Positions 39,101-53,110 of a DNA stretch of 64,000 nt are shown here, piece after piece; the stretch's first letter is position 1, and each line of letters begins with the position of its first letter. Both the position numbers and the translations under genes were made by a program. Origin of the DNA: Phoronis australis (lineage: Eukaryota; Animalia; Phoronida); NCBI GenBank assembly GCA_002633005.1, contig NMRA01000038.1, positions 242,410-306,409 of the forward strand, read 5' to 3'. A model generated the notes under the pieces. It did no database searches and was not told the DNA's origin. It saw only the letters and a list, made by a program, of their open reading frames with translations.

Positions 39101-42100
39101 GAGATGGAAAGAACTGGCAGTGTCGTTAATGCCTTGACCAAGTTCGGTGTACAAAAACACCCGCCGCAAGAAGTAAACTTGTACAACCTGGGTAGAGTTC
39201 AGTAACGCTAGGACCTCGCTAGGACCTCGCAAGAAAAGCAAGACTTCGCGAGATTACGCGAGATATTGCCGTGTATTTCGAACGAGAGCATGTGATTTAG
39301 ACTAGATTTCTCTAGCTGTGAGACAGCTACTAAACTCCACCCTGGTCTCCAGCAGTAACGAATATGCCTGTTCTTCCCAAGCCTCCAGATTAATACTTAA
39401 TTTCATCGTGAAACAATTTCATACCAATTTTATAATGATAAGTGACGGAGGTAGCGGTTTTTTTAATCTGGTGTTCGGACACGAGGGAGCTCACTGGTCA
39501 ACATGGCAGTACGGTACATCTCGTGGGATTTAAAAATGGTTAGTAACAGGTACATCATTCAAAAAGTGATTTTAGTGAAGCGTTCCAACATTAAACGTTT
39601 CAATATTATCAGGTACCATTACACCATGAACAAAAAAGAAACGTAGTTATTAACATGAACATTCATTAGTTTCAACTGTAAAAATCATTCGTTCAAGGTA
39701 AGCCCAACTGAAGAACAACGTTCCATCATCAGTTTTAAAACTGGCAATGAAAAGACCAAGGAACATGTCAATGTATATACTTACTTAAAACTCTCTTTAG
39801 TCCTTCTTCGCTTGAATTCACAAAAACAGTCGGCTCCTCAGTCGACATGAACTGCCACATTCGCTGGTATGTAGGGATTTTAGATTTCTGTACAACAAAC
39901 AAAATTTTGAAATGTAAGTCTTTATCTATCCAGTAAGTTCATAATCAAAGGTAAATTAAATATCTCCTCTTACTACAAATCATTAAGACATTTAATCCGT
40001 CACTCTGAGTAGACAGGGAGGTGGCAGGTTTGCTCTGTTTACAGCTTGAAACGCTACTACCGATCGAATCTCGCGACAACACAGTGGAAGCTCCACCTGT
40101 CCGCCATTTTAATCATTACACCAGTCCTCAAAGAGGGAGCGGGATACTCCCGAGGGCTTAAAGATTTTTGATAATTATCGTAGTCCAGTTGAACCGATTT
40201 GAGTTCCCTTCAAAAAAAATAAAATTTCATTATTCTGACTTAGCCTTTACATGTAGATCAAATGATTGTTATTGCTCAAGTGTCGGGATAACTTCTCTTA
40301 TTATCTCATCCTTCAAGTTGGCGACAGAACTCGAATCAAATCAATGCTTTGTTCAGGATCTTACACATTGGGTTGCAGTGACAACGGAAAATGGACGGAT
40401 CGTTAAGTCGTATGGCAATGAATTTTGGGACATGTTTCTGTCATAATGGCGATTCAGGACCCCGTTTTATTAAAGGTCCGTTCTCAACTAAGAGGGTCGT
40501 ATATTCGATTCTGATTTGCACACAGATGAACAACGTGCACGTGAAGTTGGTCGTTAAATATGAAGCTAAAAAATTGTCAAAATTACGTCAGTTGCAACAT
40601 TTTTAATTTGCTCTTCAAAAAACAGTCTGCGGCATAACCAATAACTGCCTACGACCGTGTAAACAATCTACGACCAGATGTACGACCTTTGTTAATAGGG
40701 GCCACAGAGTGATAGCAGTAACGGTAATATGAAAAGCCAAAACAAGTGAAAAAGTTCAGTGCGTTCAATTATATACAAATACTTCAGTCAAAAGAAAATA
40801 TAAATTGGACGAAGTATATACTGCATTGCATTGGCAATACAGTTACACACCTGTATGAGATCCATCCGCAAAATGCCAATAGTGAAATTTATATAAAACA
40901 AGTAACCTGCCTTAAAGAACGACATCGAGGCTCCACTCCATCTTGTACCATATTTTATTCTTTCTTGTTTAGAAAGATCCTCTGCGTTTTCAATGGGTGC
41001 TTTCATTCTTTGCACTGTAAGAAATGCTGCCAAATTTGCCGTGTAGGAGGCGATGAGTAGCAATGTAAAGAACCACCAGGTGCCGCTGACAAGCCGTGTA
41101 GAGAGAGCACGTGGTGCAAAGTCTGAGCCTGCGAAGCGAAATGGCAAGGTATAGGTTCTTATACAGTAGAGGAGAGAAGTAGCTTTCGTGCGTCGCAAAG
41201 GGGCAATGTATACATTTCTTTCAACTTTTACGAGGTGTTTGTGAGTCTGTTGTATCTTAAAGCTCCTCGCTAACGTCAAATATATTGTTGCGTGGTTTGA
41301 AGTATAAGTTCAAGTGATAAAGTAGACGATAACAAAACAATCAATTTTTAGTGTATTACTCGCATGTTTAGTGCCGGAAATTAAGCAAACCCAAACGCGA
41401 ACGTAAACGACATCTGGGTTGCGTTCCGTGAACGCAAAGTTTTAGCAAGATCACGCAAGTCTTCACGTGATATACCAGCATTGTATCACAAGAGAAGCAC
41501 ACGATCCGACTGCAATAGCTTCATGCCAATGTCTTGTGTCTGCGGAACGCAACCCTGACGTATATTACCGTGGTCAGCAAATGTGGTATCAAATGTCAAA
41601 AATTAAGCGAACATTGAAACGTCATATATCAGTAATGACAGATCGCACTAAAAGCAATTTTTAGAGAAACTTTTTGAAATGTTTTACTTCTGAAAAAATC
41701 TACTTAGTTTTGTGGTTTTATAAAAAAACTCCAAAATTGCATGAAACAAGTCCGAAAGGAAAATTTGGGGAAATGTGACAGCTTTTTGAGATTTCTTTCC
41801 TGAGCATTTTTACCAAAAGAAATTTGGCCAAGTTAGAATTTTGACACTGCCGTTTTGCTATAAGCATATCTGTCTTTTTGTTAAATATTACAAGAACATA
41901 GTCAAAGGATCCAGTCAATGGCAGAACACAATGAAACTCAAAATTAAAATCGAAATATAATTCTGGTCGTAGTTCAGTGGACATATGGCAAAATGCAGGT
42001 ATAGGCAACTCGCATGTATACCACTGTTTAACTGCTTATCGAATGCTTAATTGTCCATTTGTGGAGACCGTTTCAGTCATCATGGTCCATCTGAATACAT

Positions 42101-45100
42101 TATGAACCATTTCACAGCAGAATATTACGACTAGATACAGAGGTCAAGTTGATTTACAGACCTTACCGGGGGTGCAAATGTGTCTGGACTCACCCTGTTG
42201 CATGAGAGACCCGATCGTGAACCAGAGGCTGTTGGACAAGTTAAACTGATTCTCAACAACGTCAGAGTCCGGATTACAGGGGTGTGGATTATACCATTCA
42301 TAGGGGCTGAAGCGGGCCAGAACAAATATCAAGAAGCTGACCACAACATAGGCGACGACAACGTACATCCAAATGCCGGCGGAAAGTGGGAACAGGAACG
42401 AGAAGAGGCCCGGTGCCGCCCTTAATGGACGCTTCAGGACGATACTGATTCCGGTAGTCATGAACGGCGCAGTAAAGTCAATCACTTCTTCCCGAATAAG
42501 CGATATTGTAAGCGGCGCTACTGCAACATCGGCTTCCTGTAAATCAAAACGTGTCATTAGGAACCAGTGTAGACTAGTGGAATAAGTGTCTCTTACCTTT
42601 ACCCAGGGTCGTGGGATCGAGTCCCACAGGGGCACATTGCTAGACCCTTGAGTCAGATCTCTAGATCCTTAACTCGGTTTTCAACTATATATTCATAAAC
42701 CATAAAAATGGTTACAAGTAATCAGTGCAATTGGCCACCCTTAGCGGGCTGCGCACGTCTGTTACGACGTGTACCAGACCGCCTGCACTTATTTTTTAAT
42801 AAAACAACAGTGTTTCTTTCTTACATTGCATCCTAAAACTATCTTTGTCTGGAAAACAAAAGAGGACCGAAATCAAACGCACCCAGTATCGTGTACAGTT
42901 CCTTCAAATTCAACACAATTTCCAATGAATGTAGAACACATAGAATTAGTCCATTTTAAAAATTGTTCACTGTCTTGACGAACTAAATGTGTCAAAAGGT
43001 CTTCGATATATGTGCTCAAGCTGGACAACTGTTTGTAAATGTGTTTGGTAGTAAAGCTCGAAAAGTTTTTCTTTTCATTTAGAGTCGACTCTCACGCTTG
43101 CCCTAACATTCACGCTTTGCAAAGCAAACTTTGGTAATCCTAAAATAACAAAAGTACCATTAATTCCCAGAGAAATCATTCCTGTCTTATATTTTAGAAT
43201 ATTTTGGTACATTTTGGAACACCCTATACATTATCTGGCTCAAAAGTTGTTCCACCAAACCAATGCTAAATAATATATTCCACGCGTGTCGCGCGAGAAG
43301 TCAGATTTCGAATAGAAAAAGAAACTGAAATGTATATTACCTTCCTCAAAAGTTCTCCCACCATACCGTTCCAGCCAGGCCTGTCCTTGTATGGGACACC
43401 GTACTGTCCGTCCTTAACCAGGTGGATCTCATAGGTAAAATTCAACTTCTTTGCAAGTTCTTTAAGCATGTCAATACAGAATCCCTCGAACCTGTCGTTT
43501 CCACTCGGTAAGTAACCGTCTTTATCAGGCTTCTTTATCATTGTAAAGGGTTTTTCCTGGAAAGTGTTTTCAATGCAGCTTTTATAATTCCCAAACTGGA
43601 AGGAACTTATAAAAATGATGACCAAACTTTTCTCGAGACTCAAGTCGAAAATCAAGCGATCGGCGTGGTTCGAGTAAAGGTTGACATTTCACGTGATGTG
43701 ATTGGTTAATTAATCAGTGTCTCTTTGTGGTCTGGGGTCCAGAGCCCTTTGGTGCCTCATATATCATAACAATTAATAAATAGAGCATATCACAGCGTAA
43801 AGAAGAGACCAAGCAAATCATTCTGGCTTGCTTTCAGCTGCTGTCGAACAGGTATTGGTGATAGGAAGGTGACAGACATGATAATAAGATCATTAAACTT
43901 ACCAGGACCGTTGTAACACGAAATGTTTTATTTGAAAGAACATCTATAACCCGGTGAATGACTTGACTGTAATTTCGAGTGAAGTTGACACCTGTTTGAT
44001 GATTCCACGTGCCTGTCTGCATAAAAAGAAGTCCACTCTTTAAAAGCAAGACAATATACCGTTAGATAAAACGTATGTTCAATTTCTTTTATCCATGCAT
44101 TACTCTACTCTTTGTTACTGAGATTGCAACGCAACAGTTGAGTCAGAGTGACCGACACATTGTTCACGCTTGACGATAGTGCTACGACCTTACTGTATTG
44201 AAAAGAAACAATGACCAACGCGGCGACTGATCACGTGGAACCGGGTACCGTAGCGGCCTTTGGAGGGAGAGGATGTAATTTCACTTTTGTTTTAAGCGCA
44301 TCATGTTTAATCACATACACTAAAAAGGGACTTGAGGAATGAGCCATAGACGCCAAGGGCGCTTGATGACGTATGCTACATGTTATATAGTGTACATGGA
44401 CCCACCTTTTCAAATCCATGAGATGCCATCTCGACAATATCAAGATTGAAGATAGTCCTATCTCCTCGGGCATCGAATTGTACTTTGCCAGTGAGACCAT
44501 TAACTGTTGTCTGAAAATGTTTCAAATTGTCAAATGAATGACGGATTGAAAGATTTTAATTAACTAATACCATCTTAAAACTCTCCCACTTGGTTTCAAG
44601 AACACTTTTGTTATTGGTGTACAGATCTATCCATCAAACAACAGATTAAAGTCGCACTAAGAGAGGGGTACTAAACTTTTAAGTTCGATATCAATCCTAA
44701 TATGAGTGAGTGCCGTTCAGACGAATGTAGCAGATAATACTACAATTTTTATTCATGACCAAGGGTCCGCATTTATTTGTATATTCATTTTGATCATGCG
44801 AGATTTAACTATCATTTTTCTGAAATAGTTGTTTGGGGCCGAAGACTTGTCTCGAGCCACTTTTCATGAAGTAGGCCCATGGAATCGATGAAACCATAAA
44901 TTCACAGTGAGTCAAATATTCTACCTTTTTATTTACCGGGTTCCGAGGGTTCTTACTCTCATACAAGATTAGTCTTTATTTCGTTTTAACTGTAGATTCA
45001 TGCAGTTAGGCCATAGTCCCAGCTCTCCTATATTTCACCTCTGTGGCTACTTTCGGGGGGCTATGGGAACAGATGTTCAAAAGTCAATTTCAAAAAAGTT

Positions 45101-48100
45101 CCCAAGAATACACTTGCACGATTAGTAAGAATTTTATTTAAAAAATAGCCTTAACTATTATGTTGGCCATCAGGTGTCAGTGCAAAATGATCAGAACAGC
45201 CAATCAATTGCCAGGAAAATATTGTGGTGGTACCTTTCCCACTCCCAAGTCGCCTGCTTCATGAAAGAATTCATCAGAGGACAGCCAACTGATGCTATCT
45301 TGTTGGCTTGGCTAACTTGTTTACATCTACTGTCTACATTGGACAGTATTAATGCTTGGATGGGTGTGCAAGTAACTGTCATATTACCAAGGGCCAAGGC
45401 TCACAAACCATCAGGCAGCAGTTACATGTAGCCGGGAGTTGAGGAAAGCCAAGTCAAGTAGCAAGTCCAAGTGTCATCATACTGACATACCCGGTACATA
45501 CACTTCTTGGCATGTTACTAACCTAAATAATTTTGTGCTTCCTCAAACAACAGTTTTGGACACTGCTGAAACCATAAATTATTGAATGAATATACCGCTT
45601 CACAATGTCTGCCCCTTGTTGCATTCACGTCTCAGATTCTGCTAAAAATTCTAAGCTCCTGGAATTTTCAGATATTACGTGGTCTGAGGCTGTGCATGAA
45701 ACAGCCACTAATAGGGATTCAACTAAGTTCCCAAAAACCTAAGGTGTATTTTTAAACTTATGAAAACATCGTTTGCTCTTTCTCATATTGTTTTAGTTCC
45801 ATTTCTTTTTCAACTTTTGACTTTGATCGTGAACTCTACGTTGAATTGTAAATATTATCGAAAATAATTGGGGATCTTTTCATGCAACACCCCCAATTTA
45901 GTGACTGGGTCACTATTTATTTTCAATGAACTCTGGGCTCAGTTTTTAGCTGTTATATTATTAGAAAATGTCATTCATCAAAGAAGAGCTCACAATAAAG
46001 ATGAAATCGGATATGTGAGTTCATTAAGACACAAATACGCAAAAAGACTTAGGGAACTTAGTTGAGTCCCTATTCGGGACTGTCTCATGCAACCGGCCAC
46101 AGTACTGCAAACAAGTGGATTAACGTTGAGTGTAATAAAAGTATCATTGCTGAGAAAGTTTTAAGTTTTTATGAAAAAACAGAGCTCTTCTATCTCAAGC
46201 AGTGTTGCAGACACTTTACACGTGAAACAAAAATTGTCAGTTCCATTTAACAGTGCTTAACGAAGTGTATATGTTTTGCCACTACAATGTATCATTTGCC
46301 ACAAATCAAAGTCCATCACAGAAAACCTATCTCAGTTCCAAATATTCACTTATAGGTCTACTTATTCTTAATGATGAAAAATCCTTAGTTTAGGCCAGAG
46401 AAAAAAAGCACTGTTTTGCTTGATTAATTTGCATAATTCGTTGCTCCAATCTCAAAGGTAGTGGCAGTAATTTTTATCTTCATGTGTATGATCAGCAGTG
46501 CTGTTTATGAACTTCCAAGTTTTTTTTCAGACCCTTTTATGTAAAAACATGAGTAATGTTTGGAATTGAACATGAAAATGCAAATACTGCCATGTTCTGT
46601 AATTCTTTATTCTTGAAAATTCAAATGTTGCTCTGAGTTCGTGTCATTTTGGAGATTCTTGAATTGGAGAATTTTTAGTGTAAGAAAATATTTATTCTAT
46701 CTAAAACATGAAGCATCAAAAGATTCTGAAATTTTTGCAGTAAATAAGACACTTTTCAATTTCACACAAAAGGTATTACCAAAATGGCCATTCCTCTATT
46801 TTCAAATGCTGAACTACAGTATTAAGGATGATAAAAAATTTTCTAGGTCTTAANCCCACTCCCAAGTCGCCTGCTTCATGAAAGCATTCATCAGAGGACA
46901 GCCAACTGATGTTATCTTGTTGGCTTGGCTAACTTGTTTACATCTACTGTCTACATTGGACAGTATTAATGCTTGGATGGGTGTGCAAGTAACTGTCATA
47001 TTACCAAGAGCCAAGGCTCACAAACCATCAGGCAGCAGTTACATGTAGCCGGGAGTTGAGGAAAGCCAAGTCAAGTAGCAAGTCCAAGTGTCATCATACT
47101 GACATACCCGGTACATACAATTCTTGACATGTTCCTAACCTAAATAATTTTGTGCTTCCTCAAACAACAATTTTGGACACTGCTGAAACCATAAATTATG
47201 GAATGAATGTGCCGCTTCACAATGTCTGCCCCTTGTTGCATTCATGTCTCAGATTCTGCAAAAATTCTAAGCTCCTGGAATTTTCAGATATTACGTGGTC
47301 TGAGGCTGTGCATGAAACAGTCACTAATAGGGATTCAACTAGTTCCATTTCTTTGTCAACTTTTGACTTTGATCGTGAACTCTACGTTGAATTGTAAATA
47401 TTACCGAAAATAATTGGGGATCTTTTCATGCAACACCCCCAATTTAATGACTGGGTCACTATTTATTTTCAATGAACTCTGGGCTCAGTTTTTAGTTATA
47501 TTATTAGAAAATGTCATTAACCAAAGAGGAGCTCACAATAAAGATGAAATCGGATATGTGAGTTCATTAAGACACAAATACGCAAAAAGACTTAGGGAAC
47601 TTAGTTGAGTCCCTATTTGGGACTGTCTCATACAACCGGCCACAGTACTGCAAACAAATGGATTAACGTTGAGTGTAATAAAAGTATCATTGCTGAGAAA
47701 GCTTTTAAGTTTTTATGAAAAAAACAGAGCTCTTCTATCTCAAGCAGTGTTGCAGACACTTTACACATGAAACAAAAATTGTCAGTTCCATTTAACAGTG
47801 CTTAAAGAAGTGTATACATGTATGTTTTGCCACTACAATGTATCATTTGCCACAAATCAAAGTCCATCACAGAAAACTTATCTCAGTTCCAAATATTCAC
47901 TTATAGGTCTACTTATTCTTAATGATGAAAAATCCTTAGTTTAGGCCAGAGAAAAAAGCACTGTTTTGCTTGATTAATTTGCATGATTCGTTGCCCCAAT
48001 CTCAAAGGTAGTGGCAGTAATTTTTATCTTCATGTGTATGATCAGCAGTGCTGTTTATGAACTTCCAAGTTTTTTTTTCCGACCCTTTTATGTAAAAACA

Positions 48101-51100
48101 TGAGTAATGTTTGGAATTAAACATGAAAATGCAAATACTGCCATGCTCTGTAATTCTTTATTCTTGAAAATTCAAATGTTGCTCTGAGTTCGTGTCATTT
48201 TGGGGATTCTTGAATTGGAGAATTTTTAGTGTAAGAAAATATTTATTCTATCTAAAACATGAAGCATCAAAAGATTCTGAAATTTTTGCAGTAAATAAGA
48301 CACTTTTCAATTTCACACAAAAGGTATTACCAAAATGGCCATTCCTCTATTTTCAAATGCTGAACTACAGTATTAAGGATGATAAAAAAATTTCTAGGTC
48401 TTAAGTCGTTTGAAGGCAACTGTACAATGCAGTCAATGCTAGCAACGACGCTCATTTCTCTTAATGCTTACATTTGCTGAGCGCTTAGACAAAATAAAAA
48501 TTCATTTGTTGCACATACTGTGTGCTAAAGTGAAGAGCATTTTGGTTATCTGTTTCAGTAAAAAGAATTACTGTTACAAGGCTAAAGTGTTTGTAAGAAA
48601 TAGTATTCAAGTTCACAAAAAATTTATTCCGGATAGGGTGGTGCAGGCTTGCAGAGATATTTTTTAAATTTTGTCATTAAAGTTGGGCTCAACATTTGTT
48701 TTTCCTCGTCAATTCATGCCAGACATTTAACGGTTAGTATGCAAGCTGAACAGCGACTCATCATCAACAGTTGACAAAGCATGCTACCACATATTCAGGT
48801 TGAAATCTGATGGAATCATTTCTTCCTCTAAATCATGATAGTCTGCTGTTAAGTAACAAAAGAACAAACTACAAATGTTCCATTCACAAACGCCAGAGCC
48901 TTGCAACATCATGTCAGTGCACCATCTCCACTTGGTAATGGTTGGCTTTGAGCAGGGTACAGTAGTATGAAGTTCCACTGGATGACTCTGCCTTTAGCCC
49001 CCAGAAAATGTCACAAAAAATATTTATTGCAAGTGTAAAAAGAGTGGTTGTAGTATAAAATGGCTTTATTGTTTTGAAGTGGGGCATGTCATGTTCCAAG
49101 TGGTGTGGCTGTTGAGATTGTTTAAACTGCACTGTGTCTCAAGAAACAACTTTTGATGACAATAATAATGACATAAATGATGATCAAGTGGGTGAAGAGT
49201 GTCCACGCTATGTTGTTACAGAATTTTGATTTGTAGCCTAGTGGAAAATATTGACAACATTTTCTAATTCTTGTGGCCCTCAGGACTACACGGTGTATGT
49301 TCCCCTGTGACAGTTGACAATGAACTGCAATGTAGATAACGATAATTAATTGTGGCAATTAATGAAAGCGATGACAGTAAATTCATTGCAGAAGCGTTGG
49401 AAATGTATGTAGCTCATATGTAGGTTGTAATGTCAAGTCTTTTTCAAGTTCCGAATGGTTAACAGTATAGTTCTTTTGGTAGGAGTTCAGAATATAGTAG
49501 TATGTTTTCTAGCCAACAGAGGGCGCTGCTAAAATTTTGTTGTTTTTTTTCTCTTTTTTGAGCAATTTTCCACCTAATGTCATAATATTTATCACTTTTC
49601 TTGTGCAGTAACTTCAAATGAAAAAAGTTCATATTAATTATCGTTCAGTTTTTGTCTAGTGTTGTTGGTTTTTGAAGATTGGTTTCCTGTGTCAAATTTT
49701 GGAAAGTCAGATTTTTGAGGTCAAATTTTCGAAAACATGGGAACTTTTTAGATTCTTAAATTATAATACTTAATGACCTTAAAAACACCAAAATTATCTT
49801 CCCCCCAAAAAGTAGCCACAGAAATTATTTTCTAGGCTTCCTAGAGTCCAATGGACTATGACGGATCGGACGTCTGACGAGTGTTCAGGTGTCATTTTTT
49901 GAAGGTGGATAAGATGTCCGCCCTGCTCTCTGACGTCATGTGACCTATATCCGGCTAGACTCAAGACCTTGCTTCCAAACTAATAAATCACCGAATCACA
50001 AACCACTAAGTAACGAGTTTGAGGAAAACTGTGATCTGTTCAAAACCTGTGAATTGAAAAATCTGAATTGACTCGCTTACCGTCTGCATATAGTTCAGGA
50101 GACTGTGTCCATGCGACCAGATGACGTCATCAAAGCAGGACATTTTACTGGTGCTGAAATTGCTGTGCTTGGTCAAAGATAAAGTGTCCAGAGTCTGCGC
50201 TAGCAGAAGAACGCCGTCATAGATCAGCGTCAGGTCTGTCTACAAAGACACAATAATTTTCTTCAAAGTTGAATCAGTAAAAAGAATGGGAATAAAAGCA
50301 AAATTTTTCGTCATATGTTAGTGTTTCACAAGGAACACTTCGTTGAACACGGGGAACTCTGAATTCACAGACCCTGTCTGTATAAGGAAGTCACGTGGAA
50401 CACTCGTCCCACGAACGCTTCCATACTACTGAGGAACTGTCTGCACTTGATCTATTAGAGTAAAAGTGCCTTCTTTTCCCAATACAATCTTCTAGAGAAG
50501 GAAGTCGATGTTTTAAAGTATTTGCTTAACATTTGCAAAGTAGAAAAAGCAAATAGTTTTGATGACATAGGAACTAGTAAATGTCATCATGAAACGTCAT
50601 TTCAAATATTTTTAGAAAAATACCGAGGAGAACACGCTGTGAGTTCCAAAGAACAGACCGAAATATTCCGTGGACAGAAAGTGTTCACATCTTTTGTTGA
50701 TTTTATTATAAACCAGAACATAATTGCGACAAATTTGTGTAAAAAGTAGTGTTAGGCTAAAACATGCTGATGTTTACCAGGTGCCGAGTTGTGAGCAACG
50801 GAGACGGAACTTACTGCGATAGAGCTGTCCTTTGACAGGAATGGTTGTGAGTTCTTCTTGCTAGCCTGCCTCCAGTCATGCAGAACAGACACTGTAAGGG
50901 GATTGTCCAGGTCAACTAGTCGGAACGTGGTGATGTTAGTTCCCGTCTCCAGATAGGGATTCAGCATTGTTATGTCAATGTCCTGAAATATAAATCGAAA
51001 TGGTACAGCCATATTCAAACATTAAGCGAAGGTATTTCTCAATATTAAAACCATCTATTGGAAACATCCTCGCAAAGATTGGGATTATTGGAAAGATCCA

Positions 51101-52542
51101 AAGTCCGCTGCATGATACAGAAATAGTTGAGTTGATTTTAGTGGAATCGCAATGCATCGTTGACTAAGCGGCGCTACTCGTCTCGGCAATTTCACCGAGT
51201 CGCATCAAGTTGAAATTCGTGAGTTGGGACATACGTCATGTGGAAATTAATCCTATGACGAGACGTACACTTTCGAGCTATTAAAATATTAAGAAATGCC
51301 TTTTTCCGAATAAATTGTAGTGAGAAGACTCGTAAACAATAACAGCGAAATGCACAAAGCTCTTACCATTGTTGTAAATATGATATGATAATATTCCGTC
51401 ATCATTTTCAGGTCGCTCATCTGCAAAAGCAAAATTGATACGTGACAATATCAGGGCCTATGACCACAAACTTTAGTCAAGAACTGGGCAATCGCAGGGG
51501 CACGCTTCGAACAAACCTTGAAATTTCATGCGATGATATTGGTCAATTTTAGTGGCGTATAGGGTAAAGTGCGGCAAGCAAGGGTCTATCTAGCGTGAGA
51601 ATTTTACCTTTGGTCAATTTTGACAGTTTTAAAAAACGTTGATATATTCGTGTACTAAGAAGAGCAAACAATTCAAATTGATTTAGCTGTCAGTTGCTTC
51701 CGCAGATATGCATTGTTTATAAAGGTTACGTACCAGTAGGATGTAAATAAAACGAATCAATGAACTCTTTTTATTTCGAGAAATGCCATGCTACATGTAA
51801 TAAAAAGAGAGTTTGTCTAGCTGTACTGTGTGATGAGCTCGATGGACGTAGTTAGTGACTAGAGCACGCCATAATGTGCAAAAAATAATTTATAATTGAT
51901 AACGCAAACATTTCATATATGGTCAGCACGCCACCTGAGGCCTCGGGTGGCGTGTTGACCAGACATAGAAATGTTTGTGATACACAGTTCCGGTTTCAAA
52001 TTCATATATTTATATATAATTGATAAATAACAATTGTTTTATTTTTTCCATAGACTCACCTGGCGTAAAATCAAAGGCACGGTTTCGATGTCACAGTCAA
52101 TTACCAGTCGTTGATACTGGAGTTTCATAAGGCGTTTCAGTATCAGGCTATAGTCGCCATTGTCAGCAATTAACTTCTGGTATTTGATGTCCACGCCGCC
52201 ATGCACGACACGTGTCACCAAAGGACCGAATCGCTCGAATCCTGAAAGATGACAGTTCGTGGTAAAGTTTGCTGCATTAGTACATCATCATCGCCATCAT
52301 CATCACCATCGTCATCACCGATCATCTTAATTGCCGATCATAATAATCATCATATTCGTAGTCGTCTTCTTTATCATTATCATCAGTTAACCATCCTCAC
52401 CTATCATAATCTCAATCGTAAACATCGTCATTGTCATCATCACCACCGTCGTCCTCACTGCCATCAATTCAACAGCATCATCATCGTTGTCGTTCCCATC
52501 ATCTGCAGCAACGGCAACACACAGCACCACAGCAGCAGCAGC

Positions 52543-52578
<36 letters not shown>

Positions 52579-53051
52579 GTTTTACTGAAGCCTACCGTGA
52601 ATGGCTCGTAATGTGCGGCGCAACGGACAGCAACTAAAGTTGCCTAACTTTCAGCATATTCCTTACGAGAAAAGCGAGATCACGTACGATCACGCACAAA
52701 CACGTGAGTCAGTGAGCGAAAAGCGAGTGTTTCGCCGTTGTGCTGGAAACCCGGCTTACTAGCGTAACCTCGAAAAGTGGCACCCACTGTAGTGAGTGGT
52801 CGGCGAGGTTGGAATGCTGAATTATGGAATAGAATCATGAATTATTAGAAAAAAAAGTCACTATTTCCTTTCTAAAAGCGAATGTTTTTTCACTCCAAGT
52901 ACATGGCTTATCTATNTAACCATCCTCACCTATCATAATCTCAATCGTAAACATCGTCATTGTCATCATCACCACCGTCGTCCTCACTGCCATCAATTCG
53001 TTCCCATCATCTGCAGCAACGGCAACACACAGCACCACAGCAGCGGCAGCA

Positions 53052-53110
<59 letters not shown>

